A DNA stretch of 56,175 nucleotides from Actinomycetota bacterium (lineage in GTDB: Bacteria > Actinomycetota > Actinomycetes > Actinomycetales > Microbacteriaceae): NCBI GenBank assembly GCA_009704535.1, contig WLEA01000001.1:1-56175 (forward strand), given 5' to 3'. The position numbers and the translations under genes are program-made. The notes beneath the pieces were generated by a model, which saw only the letters and a list, made by a program, of their open reading frames with translations, made no database searches and was not told the origin of the DNA. This document shows positions 29,705 to 40,750 of this stretch, piece after piece; position 1 is the stretch's first letter, and each line of letters starts with the position of its first letter.

Positions 29705-31672
29705 ATGGACGCCCCCACGATTGACCCGCTACTCGGCCGGGTAATCGACAACCGCTACGTCATTGAACGTCGCGTTGCCAGAGGTGGGATGGCGACCGTC
29801 TATGAGGCCATGGATCAACGCCTGGAGAGGCCAGTGGCAATCAAAATCATGCATCCGCACTTAGCGGAGGATGAGGATTTCACGCGTCGCTTCATCCAAG
29901 AGGCGCGGCAGGCAGCCAGGCTTGCCCACCCCAACATCGTTAATGTTTTCGACCAGGGGCAAGACGGCGCCATCACATTCATTGTGATGGAGTACTTGCC
30001 CGGGATAACACTTCGCGAATTGCTTAACGATTTTGGCGCTCTCACCCCGGCTCAGACCCTCGACATTGTGAAGGCTATTCTGTATGGACTGGACGCCGCA
30101 CACTCCGCCGGAATTGTCCACCGCGATCTCAAGCCCGAGAACGTCTTGCTTGCAGATGACGGGCGAATCAAGATTGCGGACTTCGGCCTAGCACGGGCTG
30201 CAAGTCACAATACGGCGACGTCACAGGCGCTCCTTGGCACCATCGCCTATCTCTCACCAGAGCTGATTTCCCGGGGCATCGCAGATGTGCGCAGTGACAT
30301 CTACGCGCTCGGCATCATGATGTTCGAAATGCTCACCGGCCAACAGCCCTACCAGGGCGACCAAGCAGTAACCATCGCCTACCAGCACGCCAACGATATT
30401 GTCCCGACCCCTAGCTCAAAGAACCCAGCTATCCCTACACAATTCGATGAGGTAGTGGCGTGGTGCAGCCAGCGCTCCCCCGATGACCGACCCCCTCATG
30501 CGCGAGCGCTGCTCGAGCACGTGGTCGAATTAGAGCGACTCCTGGGCCCTGAGTCATTGACCCAGGCAACCCAAGCACTCAACGCCACGGTAGCCATGAC
30601 TCAGAGGATGTCGGCCCTGGATATGCAAGAAACGGAGGTTCTCGATCCTCGATCTGCAGTGTTTGACGAGTTGGAGCCAACCGTAGCCCCTCCCCCGGAT
30701 GATGTCGACATGGCGCCCCAGCAGCCCATTCGCACAGCACATCGTCGGGGCCGCGCTGGCACAATCACTGCCGTCATCCTGCTCGTCGTTGCTGTGGTCG
30801 TTGGTGGAGGGGCCGCAGCGTGGTGGTGGGGTGGCGTTGGTGGAGCCGTCCAGATCCCCGAGGTTGCCGGTCTGAGTGTCGAGGAAGCTACCGCCACACT
30901 GACTGCTGCGGAGCTTGAGGTCTCTGAGGTTGTCCTCGAGGAATTCGACCTGGTGCTGCCCGCTGGAGTCGTCAAGGGCACGAATCCTCCGTCCGGTGAG
31001 TCAGTGGAACGGGGCAGTGTCGTGAGGCTCATTGTGTCGTTGGGCCCTAGCCCGGTGAGTGTTCCAGCAGTTACCGGAAAAACCCTGCAGGATGTGACCA
31101 GCGAATTTGAAGCACTCAACCTCATTATTGGTTCCAGCAGTGAAGAATTCAACGACTTCGTTGACGCCGGCACCATACTGCGGCTTGCGAACGCCGAGGG
31201 CGTGGCGTTGAGCGCCGGCACGGAGGTCTTGGCCGGTAGTACTCTCAACGTGGTGGTGTCTGCGGGACCAATTCCCGATGTTACCGGGCTCTCTGCGGAC
31301 GAAGCGAGACGTGTGTTGCAAGAGATTGGCCTCCTGGGAATCGTGGGCGGCGATGGTGAATTTTCTGACACCATCCCAGAAGGATCGGTTGTCAAGATTC
31401 TCGATCGAGACACCCGCATTGTTGTGCCGGGCGACACCCTCACGCTGCTGGTATCCCGTGGGCCAGAACTTATCGAGGTCCCGGATGTCATTGACAACAC
31501 GATTTCCGAAGCAAAACGCAGACTCGAAGCCCTGGGTTTCCGCGTTGAAGTCAGATCAGAGTTCCCCGAAGAAGACTGGGCCAAGGCCTTCGCTCGAGTC
31601 ACCAGCGTTGACCCCTCGGTGGGTCAAGAAGTCCCCACAGGGACGCTCATCATCCTGCGCAGCTTCGTCTAG
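29705..31672 (+). CDS. PASTA-domain Ser/Thr protein kinase (Stk1/PknL type)
   Basis: HRDLKPEN, DFG, YLSPE, TM segment, four PASTA-like repeats. Confidence 0.93.
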   Translation: MDAPTIDPLLGRVIDNRYVIERRVARGGMATVYEAMDQRLERPVAIKIMHPHLAEDEDFTRRFIQEARQAARLAHPNIVNVFDQGQDGAITFIVMEYLPGITLRELLNDFGALTPAQTLDIVKAILYGLDAAHSAGIVHRDLKPENVLLADDGRIKIADFGLARAASHNTATSQALLGTIAYLSPELISRGIADVRSDIYALGIMMFEMLTGQQPYQGDQAVTIAYQHANDIVPTPSSKNPAIPTQFDEVVAWCSQRSPDDRPPHARALLEHVVELERLLGPESLTQATQALNATVAMTQRMSALDMQETEVLDPRSAVFDELEPTVAPPPDDVDMAPQQPIRTAHRRGRAGTITAVILLVVAVVVGGGAAAWWWGGVGGAVQIPEVAGLSVEEATATLTAAELEVSEVVLEEFDLVLPAGVVKGTNPPSGESVERGSVVRLIVSLGPSPVSVPAVTGKTLQDVTSEFEALNLIIGSSSEEFNDFVDAGTILRLANAEGVALSAGTEVLAGSTLNVVVSAGPIPDVTGLSADEARRVLQEIGLLGIVGGDGEFSDTIPEGSVVKILDRDTRIVVPGDTLTLLVSRGPELIEVPDVIDNTISEAKRRLEALGFRVEVRSEFPEEDWAKAFARVTSVDPSVGQEVPTGTLIILRSFV

Positions 31673-33036
31673 AGCTTGGTAAGTTCCTCGGCAACCAAGA
31701 AGGCAAGCTCCAGTGACTGCTGGTGGTTAAGCCTCGGGTCACACAGAGACTCGTACTTGTTCTCAAGGCCCAGCTCATCAATCTGTTGAGAGCCACCGAG
31801 GCACTCTGTCACATCGTCACCCGTGAGTTCAACGTGAACTCCACCGGGGTGCGTGCCGATTAGGCGGTGTGCTTCAAAAAAGCCCTGGACTTCATCGACA
31901 ACATCATCGAAGCGACGGGTCTTGTATCCGGTGGATGTCGTAATGCCGTTGCCATGCATGGGGTCCGTCACCCAGACGGGTTGCACCTCCAGGGACTTAG
32001 TGGCGTCCAGCAGCGGTGGTAGCGCATCGCGAATCGCAGTGGCGCCCATACGAGTGATTAACGTCAGGCGGCCCGGTTCACGAGCTGGGTCGAGCTTGTC
32101 AATCAGGGCTTCTAGCCCATCCGGCGTCATAGCGGGACCGACCTTCACCCCGATGGGATTGCGGACTCGGGAGAAGAAATCAACGTGGGCGCCATCGATC
32201 TCACGAGTGCGCTCGCCAATCCACAGGAAGTGTCCGGAGGTCACATAGGGCGTGCCCGTCCGTGAATCGATGCGGGTCAACGGACGTTCGTAATCCATCA
32301 GCAGACCCTCATGGCTGGCGTAGAACTCGACTCGTTTCAGTTCATCAAAATCAGCGCCAGCTGCCTCCATGAACCGAATCGCGCGGTCAATTTCTTTAGC
32401 GAGCCCTTCATAACGCGCGTTGGCGGGATTCTCAGCAAAGCCTTTGTTCCAACTGTGGACCATGCGCAAATCAGCGAAGCCGCCCTGGGTGAACGCCCGA
32501 ATCAGATTCAGAGTGGACGCTGCGGTGTGGTATCCCTGGAGCATTCGGGCAGGATTCGGGGTTCTCGATTCTTCAGTGAAGTCATAGCCATTGACGATGT
32601 CGCCGCGGTACGCGGGAAGGGTCACGCCATCTCTGGTCTCATCGTCGCTGGAGCGCGGCTTGGCAAACTGGCCAGCCATCCGGCCCATCTTCACAATGGG
32701 CATCGACGCACCGTAGGTCAACACCACGGCCATCTGCAATATGGTCTTGACCCTGTTCCTAATGTTGTCAGCGGTGGCACCTTGGAAAGTCTCAGCGCAG
32801 TCGCCACCCTGAAGCAAGAAAGCTTTCCCACTTGCAACGCGCGCTAGGCGCTCACGAAGCAGATCAACTTCACCGGCAAAAACCAGTGGAGGAACGCTCT
32901 GAAGCTCTCTCGATACAGCCGCGGCAGCAGCGCTATCAGGCCACTGGGGTTGCTGCTTGATCGCCAATGACCGCCAGTGGTCCAAACCTTCGACAACCCC
33001 GGGTGCTGGGATAACGGCGCTTTCACTGGTGTCCAC
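31669..33036 (-). CDS. Class II DAHP synthase
   Basis: LQGGDCAE, GQFAKPRS, WIGERTR, DPMHGN, CDPRLN. Confidence 0.95.
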   Translation of the reverse strand: MDTSESAVIPAPGVVEGLDHWRSLAIKQQPQWPDSAAAAAVSRELQSVPPLVFAGEVDLLRERLARVASGKAFLLQGGDCAETFQGATADNIRNRVKTILQMAVVLTYGASMPIVKMGRMAGQFAKPRSSDDETRDGVTLPAYRGDIVNGYDFTEESRTPNPARMLQGYHTAASTLNLIRAFTQGGFADLRMVHSWNKGFAENPANARYEGLAKEIDRAIRFMEAAGADFDELKRVEFYASHEGLLMDYERPLTRIDSRTGTPYVTSGHFLWIGERTREIDGAHVDFFSRVRNPIGVKVGPAMTPDGLEALIDKLDPAREPGRLTLITRMGATAIRDALPPLLDATKSLEVQPVWVTDPMHGNGITTSTGYKTRRFDDVVDEVQGFFEAHRLIGTHPGGVHVELTGDDVTECLGGSQQIDELGLENKYESLCDPRLNHQQSLELAFLVAEELTKL

Positions 33037-33103
33037 GATTCCTCAATCTCTGTGCAGTGCGAGGACAAGCCTAGCCGAGCACGGCAGCGCCCCACATCGG
33101 CGC

Positions 33104-33781
33104 CTATCTGGCTGGGTTGCGCAGCGTCGAGGCATACACATCGACGTATTCTTGACCGCTGAGCTTGTTCATTTCGTAGATGATTTCATCGGTAATCGCC
33201 CTCAAGACAAACCGATCGCTCTCCATGCCTCGAAAACGAGAGAAATCCAAAGGCTCGCCAAGCACCACACCGACCCTGTGGACCTTCGGAAAATTGGTGC
33301 CTAGTGGCATGACCTTGTCAGTGTCGACGACGGCCACAGGAATCACCGGAACATTTGCGTCGAGAATCATGCGCGCCACCCCTGTGCGGCCGCGAAACAT
33401 CCGACCATCCGGGCTTCTGGTGCCCTCGGGGTAGATGGAGAGGACTTTTCCTTCAGCAAGGACCTGAAGGCCTGCATTGAGCGACGCCTCCGACGCTTTC
33501 CCACCGGAGCGATCAATGGGTAGTTGCCCAGCTGAGGTCATGAAAAACCGAATGGCCCAACCCTTGATTCCCCGGCCAGTGAAGTAATCACTCTTTGCCA
33601 GGAATGCCATCTGGCGGTCAACTACGAGCGGGAGAAAAACCGAATCAACAAAGGACAAGTGGTTGCACACCACGACGGCAGGCCCGGTACGCGGCATGTT
33701 CTCCAGCCCCCTCACCCACGGGCGAAAGACAGTCGTCATGAGAGGGCCAATAACCCAGTGCTTCATAATCCAATAAAACAT
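33104..33781 (-). CDS. plsC: 1-acyl-sn-glycerol-3-phosphate acyltransferase
   Basis: NHLSFxD, YPEGTRS. Confidence 0.9.
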   Translation of the reverse strand: MFYWIMKHWVIGPLMTTVFRPWVRGLENMPRTGPAVVVCNHLSFVDSVFLPLVVDRQMAFLAKSDYFTGRGIKGWAIRFFMTSAGQLPIDRSGGKASEASLNAGLQVLAEGKVLSIYPEGTRSPDGRMFRGRTGVARMILDANVPVIPVAVVDTDKVMPLGTNFPKVHRVGVVLGEPLDFSRFRGMESDRFVLRAITDEIIYEMNKLSGQEYVDVYASTLRNPAR

Positions 33782-33807
33782 TTAGCCCCCTCCCGCCTTC
33801 TCTCAGA

Positions 33808-34716
33808 CTATGCCCCGGAAGGCCGTTGAAGGCGTGCCAAGTCTGCGGCGCCGATGACGCCGGCATTGTTTCCCATCGTCGCGACAACGATGCGCGGGAC
33901 TGGCCTGCGCTCATAGGCGCCATAGTGGCGCCTAAAGGACTCGGTAATGGGTTCGCTGACCAGCGCCCCCGCTTTTGCAACGCCTCCCCCGATGACCACT
34001 ACTTCCGGGTCGGTGACGGCCACAAGAGAGGTAATGCCTCGTCCCATTGCGTCACACACCCTGTGTAGCACTGCAATGGCGGCGCTATCGCCACCGACCA
34101 ACAGTTCTGTCATCTCCTCCGAGGTCAGTTCCGGGCGACCCAGGTCGCTGCGGGCCTCTCTCATCAGTGCCGTGCCAGAGGCATACTGCTCCAAGCACCC
34201 TCGGTTCCCACAGCCACAGAGCAAGCCCTCTGGCTCGATGATGATGTGACCGAGCTCACCAGCGGATCCAAAGCCTCCAACGAGGAGGCGCCCGTCTTCG
34301 ACGACTGCGCCGCCGACGCCGGTGCCCATGGTGAGCATCACCATAGAGTGCGCATGCTTGGCGGCGCCAAACTGAAACTCAGCCCAGCCCGCGGCGTTGG
34401 CATCATTTTCCAGGGTGACCGGACGGCAGAGGCGCTGCTCCAAAACATCCTGCAGGGGAAAATCAGCCCATGCGATATTGGGTGCAAAATAGACGCGTTC
34501 TCTGGTTCGATCGAGGAAAGCGGCAGCAGCCACACCTACAGCGCTGGCTACGTGGTCGCCATCAAGCTCACTGACCATCTCAACGACGGTGTCAATAATG
34601 GCGAGCGGATCCACGGCGTTGGTGGCGCGCTCGCTGCGCTGCGACAGTTCGCCCCCAGCGTTGACGAGACCCGCCGCAATCTTTGTCCCACCAATGTCAA
34701 TTCCGCATGTGTACAC
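33808..34716 (-). CDS. ROK family glucokinase
   Basis: DIGGTK, ENDANAA, GELGH, CGCGNRGCLE. Confidence 0.9.
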   Translation of the reverse strand: MYTCGIDIGGTKIAAGLVNAGGELSQRSERATNAVDPLAIIDTVVEMVSELDGDHVASAVGVAAAAFLDRTRERVYFAPNIAWADFPLQDVLEQRLCRPVTLENDANAAGWAEFQFGAAKHAHSMVMLTMGTGVGGAVVEDGRLLVGGFGSAGELGHIIIEPEGLLCGCGNRGCLEQYASGTALMREARSDLGRPELTSEEMTELLVGGDSAAIAVLHRVCDAMGRGITSLVAVTDPEVVVIGGGVAKAGALVSEPITESFRRHYGAYERRPVPRIVVATMGNNAGVIGAADLARLQRPSGA

Positions 34717-34765
34717 GGGGGAACAGTCTAGCGAGCATGGACCCGCCCCTTGCCGGAGGCACAGC

Positions 34766-35263
34766 TCAGAGAGCGAACCACTCCGATTCGCGGAGCGCGC
34801 TCAGTGCGTGCTTTTTGTGCTCCGGCCCAAGACCTTCGAAATAGAGCACCCCACGAAGGTGGTCCATCTCGTGCTGAATCGCCTGAGCCATCAAGCCCTC
34901 GCCCTCAACGTCGACGACGTCACCTTCGAGTGTCACGCCCCGCACCAGGGCGAACGGATGCCGCAGGCGCGGGTAGGTGAGACCTGGGACCGAAAGGCAT
35001 CCCTCACTCATTTCTTCAGGCTCGCCCCAGACCCGAACAAGGTTGGGGTTCAGGAGATATCCCACAACACCCTCGATGTTGTAACTAAAGGCAGAAAGCC
35101 CGACGCCAATCTGATTGGCGGCAACGCCCGCGCGACCAGGCAGTTTGACAGTGTCGATGAGGTCGGCAACGAGTTGCGCAGTTCGCTCAGTAGCGATCTC
35201 TGCTGGTTCGGTCGGGCTTTTGAGGATGGGATCGCCGAAGAGCCGAATGGCACGCACTGCCAT
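34766..35263 (-). CDS. def: Peptide deformylase
   Basis: GVAANQIG, EGCLS, QHEMDHL. Confidence 0.95.
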   Translation of the reverse strand: MAVRAIRLFGDPILKSPTEPAEIATERTAQLVADLIDTVKLPGRAGVAANQIGVGLSAFSYNIEGVVGYLLNPNLVRVWGEPEEMSEGCLSVPGLTYPRLRHPFALVRGVTLEGDVVDVEGEGLMAQAIQHEMDHLRGVLYFEGLGPEHKKHALSALRESEWFAL

Positions 35264-35264
35264 G

Positions 35265-36407
35265 CTAGGTGCCGAGACGCTCGCTCATGCCCTCAACGAC
35301 AAGTGCCGCCAGTTCGCGTGCAGCCTGACGCGTATAGGGGTTCAGACGCTCCCATTCAATGACGGACCCGGCAGCGAGATAGGGATCGTAAGGAATCCGC
35401 ACAACTTCTCTCACCCGAGAGATGAAGTGGCCTTCGATTTCGTCCAACTTGACCACGTTTGTGCCCTGAGTCGCGGTGTTGAGAGCCACCACAGCGCGCG
35501 CGACCAAATCGCCGTAGCCATTAGCTTCCAACCAGGTCAGCGTCTCCGAAGCCAGTCGAGCTTCATCGATGCTTCCGCCGGAGACCACCACAAGACCATC
35601 CGCCCGTTCCAGCGTGGGCTTCATCACTGAGTGAACAATGCCCGTGCCGCAGTCTGTAAGGATGACGGAGTAGAACCGAGCTGCCTGGTCGGCGACCACG
35701 TTGTAATCATCCTCGTCGAAGGCTTCAGACATTAGTGGGTCGGTATCAGAAGCAAGCACATGCAGGCGTGAGGCGTCTTTAGACACCAACTCTGCAAAGT
35801 CGGTAAAGCCCGAGATGCCGGCGGCAAGATTGACGACATCGCGAACCGTTGCGCCGGTCGACTTCGGCACTCGCTCCGCAAGCGTTCCGCGGTCAGGGTT
35901 TGCATCAATCGCGATGACCCGATCGTGGCGGACCTCGGCTAATGCCATGCCAAGAAGAGTAGTAACGGTTGTTTTTCCCACCCCGCCCTTGCGAGTCACC
36001 ACAGGAACGTAGCGCGCACCTGTTTCAAAAGCTGCGCCAATTCGGCGATCCATCGCTTTTCGTTCGCGCACGGCGGCTGAATCACCAAGGTTGATGGTGT
36101 GAAAGGAAATGTTGTACACGAAGCGTTGCCAGAAGCCCTCCGGAGCGGGGCTCTTGCGTCCGGAGATGTCCAGAAGGCGGTCATCTGTGAGCATCGCCGC
36201 GGGTTCTGGGCCATCGCCACGATTCCCGGCACGCCGCTGGTACAAACTATCCGAAGAATCCGCGACAACGAGGGTGATGCTCTCTGCCTCACTCGACTCC
36301 AACGCAGCGGGATCGACGGCGGATTCTTCCAACTCGCCCTCTCCGCCGAGAGCCTCTACGGGCTCAGTAGCTTCGGGGGACTTGATGTTAGTCTCGCGCT
36401 TTGCCAT
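35265..36407 (-). CDS. MinD/ParA family ATPase (actinobacterial type)
   Basis: KGGVGKTT, DANPDRGTL, TDCGTG, IPYD. Confidence 0.85.
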   Translation of the reverse strand: MAKRETNIKSPEATEPVEALGGEGELEESAVDPAALESSEAESITLVVADSSDSLYQRRAGNRGDGPEPAAMLTDDRLLDISGRKSPAPEGFWQRFVYNISFHTINLGDSAAVRERKAMDRRIGAAFETGARYVPVVTRKGGVGKTTVTTLLGMALAEVRHDRVIAIDANPDRGTLAERVPKSTGATVRDVVNLAAGISGFTDFAELVSKDASRLHVLASDTDPLMSEAFDEDDYNVVADQAARFYSVILTDCGTGIVHSVMKPTLERADGLVVVSGGSIDEARLASETLTWLEANGYGDLVARAVVALNTATQGTNVVKLDEIEGHFISRVREVVRIPYDPYLAAGSVIEWERLNPYTRQAARELAALVVEGMSERLGT

Positions 36408-36452
36408 GTGTGCTAAAGGTCCTTACTCGCGTGAAGTCGACGCCGTCCAATG

Positions 36453-39400
36453 TTACCCAGAAACTGACGAGCCATCGTCGAGTTCCACCAGAAGGTCACC
36501 TGCTTCAACTTGCTGGGTCTTGGGAATCGCCACTCGAGCCACAATTCCCGCCACCGGGCTACTGATTGCCGCCTCCATCTTCATAGCCTCGATAGTGGCG
36601 ACTACGCCACCCTGCGCGACGGCGTCACCCTCTGCAACTCCCAGGGTGACAACACCCGAGAAGGGCGCGGCGATATGCCTCGGGTTCGCTGGGTCGGCTT
36701 TTTCTGTCTGAGTCACCACCGCCTGCACGGCGCGGTCCCGGACCATTACCGGCCGCATTTGACCATTCAAAGACACCATAACCGTGCGCATACCGTGATC
36801 GTCGGGGTCGGAAATTGTCTCAAGCGACACATAAAGGCTCACCCCCGCCTCCACCTCGATCACCGATTCTTCGCCCGGGCGCAAGCCATAGAGGTAGTCC
36901 CGAGTCTTGATGACAGAGATGTCGCCGTAGTTTTCTCTCACGTCGAGAAAGTCCCGGGTGGGGCCAGGAAAGAGCAGTTCGTTCAGCAGGGCCCGGCGCT
37001 CAAGGCCCGGTGCAACCAGCACTTCCTCCTGCCCGGGAGTAAGTGTCCCCACGTCTCTAGAGGGCTTCTTGCCTTTGAGAATCTTGGTCCGGAAGGGTTC
37101 TGGCCAACCGCCTGGAAGGTCACCCAGTTCGCCTGCCATAAAGCCCACGACCGAGTCGGGGACGTCGTACTTGCCGGGGTTCTCTTCAAAGTCCCTGGGG
37201 TTGACATCCATGGCGACGAGGTGGAGCGCGAGGTCCCCTACAACCTTGCTGGAGGGGGTGACCTTCGTCGGACGCCCCAGCATCCGATTCGCCTCGGCAT
37301 ACCAGTTTTCGATGTCTTCAAAGCGATCTGCGAGGCCCAAGGCTATCGCCTGCTGACGAAGGTTGGAAAGCTGACCACCAGGAATCTCGTGGTGATAGAC
37401 CCGCCCGGTAGGGCCTGGTAATCCCGACTCAAAGGGGGCATAGAGCTTGCGGACTGACTCCCAATAAGGCTCCAACGCCGAAACGCTCTCAAGACTGATG
37501 CCGGTGTCTCGCTCGGTGAATTCCAGTGCCGCGACAAGCGACGACAACGACGGCTGACTGGTGGTTCCCGCCATCGCCGCACTCGCGGCGTCCACAGCGT
37601 CGACGCCGGCGCGACTCGCAGCGAGCAGAGTGGCCAGTTGCCCGCCTGCCGTGTCGTGGGTGTGGAGGTGGACCGGCAGATTAAACCGCAATCTGAGAGC
37701 TTCGACCAGGGTCGCAGCGGCTTCGGCACGAAGAAGACCGGCCATGTCCTTGATGGCAAGGATGTGCGCACCACTGGCAACGATCTTCTCCGCTAGGCGC
37801 AGGTAGTAATCCAGCGTGTAGAGATTCTCAGCAGGATCGGAAAGGTTACCGGAGTAACACAGCGCGACTTCAGCAATGGTGGTACCGGTCTCCAATACCG
37901 CGTCGATGGCGGGTCGCATATTGGACACGTCATTGAGGGCATCAAAGATGCGGAAAACATCGATGCCCGCGGTTGCGGCCTCATGAACAAAAGCGTTCGT
38001 CACCTGGCTCGGGTAGGGCGTATAACCCACGGTGTTGCGCCCTCGCAGCAACATTTGAATGCATACATTCGGCAGTGCTTCGCGCAGATCCACGAGGCGC
38101 TCCCACGGGTCTTCTCCTAGGAATCGCAACGCCACGTCATAGGTTGCCCCGCCCCACGCCTCCACGGAGAGCAATTGTGGAGTGGTGTGAGCGACAACTG
38201 GCATAGCGGCCACCAGGTCCCTGGTCCTCACACGGGTAGCCAACAACGACTGGTGCGCGTCGCGGAATGTGGTCTCTGTGATCGCCAGGGCCTTCTGTTC
38301 ACGCAAGGCCCCAGCAAAAGCGACCGGGCCCAACGAGTCCAACAGTTGCTTGGACCCAGCAGGTGGAGCGTCGAGAGGAACAGGCGGGAGCTTAGAGGCG
38401 GGGTCGCTGAGTCCCTCGCCGGACCCGTGGGGTTGATTGACAGTTGCGTCGGCCAACCATGTCAGAAGCTTTGTCCCACGGTCCTTGGACACTCGAGCCC
38501 GAACCAGCTGCGGGCGCTCATCGATGAACGAGGTCGAGACGTCGCCGGCGAGAAACGCTTCGTCCTCAACCACAGCTTGCAAAAAAGCGATGTTGGTGGA
38601 GACTCCGCGAATCCGGAACTCGGCCAGACCGCGCCTCGCGCGGGCCACGGCGGTAGGGAAATCGCGGCCACGCGATGTCATCTTCGCCAGCAGTGAGTCG
38701 AAGTAGGGCGAAATCTGGGCACCCTGGCTCACCGTTCCGCCATCTAAGCGAATTCCCGCACCACCGGGTGAACGATAGGTGGTGATTTTCCCCGTGTCGG
38801 GCCGGAAATCAGCACTGGGGTCCTCAGTGGTAATCCGGCACTGGAGAGCAAAACCGCGCGGAACAATGGTGCCACTAGAGAGCCCCAGATCGGCGAGGGA
38901 CTCTCCCGAAGCAATGCGTATCTGCGACTGAACCAAGTCTACGTCGGTGATTTCCTCGGTGACAGTGTGCTCGACTTGGATGCGCGGGTTCATCTCGATG
39001 AAAACGTGGGTCCCTGCGCGCTCCCCCGCGGTGTCGACGAGGAACTCGACCGTTCCCGCGTTCTGGTAACCAATCGACGAGGCGAAAGCAACAGCGTCAT
39101 TGAGGATTGCCTCGCGCAGCGCGGGGTCGAGGTTGGGGGCTGGGGCAATCTCAATAACTTTTTGGTGGCGGCGTTGCACTGAGCAGTCGCGCTCGAACAG
39201 GTGCATGGTGTGGCCCGTGGAGTCAGCAAGAATCTGTACTTCGATGTGCCGGGGTCTCAAGACCGCCTGTTCAATAAACATGCGCCCATCACCAAATGCT
39301 GTCTCAGCCTCTCGCATAGCCGCCTCGAGGGCACCCCGAAGCGCCTCTGGCTTATCCACACGGCGCATTCCACGCCCGCCACCACCGGCCACCGCCTTTG

Positions 39401-39869
39401 CGAAAACCGGAAAACCAATCTCATCTGAAGCCCGCACTAGAGCGTCAATATCGTCGCTGGCCTCACTCGAGGCCAACACCGGAACACCGGCACGAATAGC
39501 GTGCTCTTTGGCGGTGACTTTGTTGCCGGCCATTTCCAGCACGGCTGCCGGTGGGCCGATGAATACAATTCCTGCTTCTTCACAAGCCCGTGCTAGGTCG
39601 GGGTTCTCACTGAGAAACCCGTATCCTGGGTATACGGCGTCAGCGCCAGAGAGCTTGGCAACTCGGATGATTTCTGCAATGTCAAGATAAGCCCGCAAGG
39701 GATGGCCAGGTTCACCAATTTGGTAGGCCTCATCGGCCTTCATCCGGTGGAGGGAGTACCGGTCTTCGTACGGGTAGACCGCCACGGTCCGTTTACCAAG
39801 TTCTACAGCGGCACGAAAAGCCCTAATCGCAATCTCGCCACGATTCGCCACAAGAATCTTGGTGACCAA
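36453..39869 (-). CDS. pyc: Pyruvate carboxylase
   Basis: ILVANRGEIA, RDAHQS, IKDMAG, HLHTH, EAMKM biotinylation site; TTG start behind GAGGGGAG. Confidence 0.96.
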   Translation of the reverse strand: MVTKILVANRGEIAIRAFRAAVELGKRTVAVYPYEDRYSLHRMKADEAYQIGEPGHPLRAYLDIAEIIRVAKLSGADAVYPGYGFLSENPDLARACEEAGIVFIGPPAAVLEMAGNKVTAKEHAIRAGVPVLASSEASDDIDALVRASDEIGFPVFAKAVAGGGGRGMRRVDKPEALRGALEAAMREAETAFGDGRMFIEQAVLRPRHIEVQILADSTGHTMHLFERDCSVQRRHQKVIEIAPAPNLDPALREAILNDAVAFASSIGYQNAGTVEFLVDTAGERAGTHVFIEMNPRIQVEHTVTEEITDVDLVQSQIRIASGESLADLGLSSGTIVPRGFALQCRITTEDPSADFRPDTGKITTYRSPGGAGIRLDGGTVSQGAQISPYFDSLLAKMTSRGRDFPTAVARARRGLAEFRIRGVSTNIAFLQAVVEDEAFLAGDVSTSFIDERPQLVRARVSKDRGTKLLTWLADATVNQPHGSGEGLSDPASKLPPVPLDAPPAGSKQLLDSLGPVAFAGALREQKALAITETTFRDAHQSLLATRVRTRDLVAAMPVVAHTTPQLLSVEAWGGATYDVALRFLGEDPWERLVDLREALPNVCIQMLLRGRNTVGYTPYPSQVTNAFVHEAATAGIDVFRIFDALNDVSNMRPAIDAVLETGTTIAEVALCYSGNLSDPAENLYTLDYYLRLAEKIVASGAHILAIKDMAGLLRAEAAATLVEALRLRFNLPVHLHTHDTAGGQLATLLAASRAGVDAVDAASAAMAGTTSQPSLSSLVAALEFTERDTGISLESVSALEPYWESVRKLYAPFESGLPGPTGRVYHHEIPGGQLSNLRQQAIALGLADRFEDIENWYAEANRMLGRPTKVTPSSKVVGDLALHLVAMDVNPRDFEENPGKYDVPDSVVGFMAGELGDLPGGWPEPFRTKILKGKKPSRDVGTLTPGQEEVLVAPGLERRALLNELLFPGPTRDFLDVRENYGDISVIKTRDYLYGLRPGEESVIEVEAGVSLYVSLETISDPDDHGMRTVMVSLNGQMRPVMVRDRAVQAVVTQTEKADPANPRHIAAPFSGVVTLGVAEGDAVAQGGVVATIEAMKMEAAISSPVAGIVARVAIPKTQQVEAGDLLVELDDGSSVSG

Positions 39870-39950
39870 AGATGGCTCCCCTCTCATCGGCGGCCGAAAA
39901 CGCCGCCCAAAGTCCTGGGGTCAACCTTACTGAAGGCTAAGGTAGAAGAG

Positions 39951-40742
39951 ATGCGCGTAATCAGCCTGAGCTCTCTTAAAGGCGGTGTGGGTAAGACCAC
40001 CGTCTCGCTTGGCCTAGCCTCTGCGGCTTTTGCCAGCGGTATGCGCACACTCGTCGTTGACATGGACCCGCAGTCCGACGCCTCGACGGGACTCGACGTG
40101 ACGGTCGGTCGCCACCTCAATGTTTCCCACCTGCTCGCCAACCCCCGGTCATCAAATGTGCGCAACGCCATCGTGTCCTCGGGCTGGACGAGGGCACGCA
40201 ACGGGAAGGTGGACGTGTTGCTGGGTTCACCAGCGGCCATGGCGTTCGACACCCCGACACTGACAAAGCGTGAGATTTGGCGCATGGAAGAAATCTTGGC
40301 CGCTGTGGAGGGCGACTACGACTTGGTGCTCATTGACTGCCCACCGTCACTCAATGGGCTCACTCGCATGGCGTGGACAGCCAGCGATCGGGTGGCCGTC
40401 GTTACAGAGCCTGGCCTTTTTTCGGTTGCTGCAACACAGCGTGCGTTCCGAGCTGTCGACGAGTTGCGCCGAGGTGTGTCTCCAAGATTGCAACCACTCG
40501 GTGTGATCGTGAACCGGGTTAGACCTCAATCGATCGAACACCAGTACCGCATCGACGAGTTGAAGCAGATGTTTGGGGCGCTGGTTCTTCAACCCGAACT
40601 TCCGGAGCGCGTGGCCCTACAACAGGCTCAGGGGGCGGCTAGCCCGCTTCATGTGTGGCCGGGAGAAAGCGCCGAGGAGATGGCCCACAACTTCAACCTG
40701 CTCCTGGACCGGGTGATTCGCTCCGTTGCAATCGCCGGGTAA
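39951..40742 (+). CDS. ParA family ATPase
   Basis: SLKGGVGKTT, DxDPQ, IDCPPSL; start behind TAAGGT. Confidence 0.88.
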   Translation: MRVISLSSLKGGVGKTTVSLGLASAAFASGMRTLVVDMDPQSDASTGLDVTVGRHLNVSHLLANPRSSNVRNAIVSSGWTRARNGKVDVLLGSPAAMAFDTPTLTKREIWRMEEILAAVEGDYDLVLIDCPPSLNGLTRMAWTASDRVAVVTEPGLFSVAATQRAFRAVDELRRGVSPRLQPLGVIVNRVRPQSIEHQYRIDELKQMFGALVLQPELPERVALQQAQGAASPLHVWPGESAEEMAHNFNLLLDRVIRSVAIAG

Positions 40743-40750
40743 ACCGAGCG

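Noticed and set aside
30601-31602. 333-aa antisense ORF and many similar shadow ORFs
   Set aside because: Ser/Thr/Arg-rich antisense reads of well-supported genes, expected in high-GC DNA.
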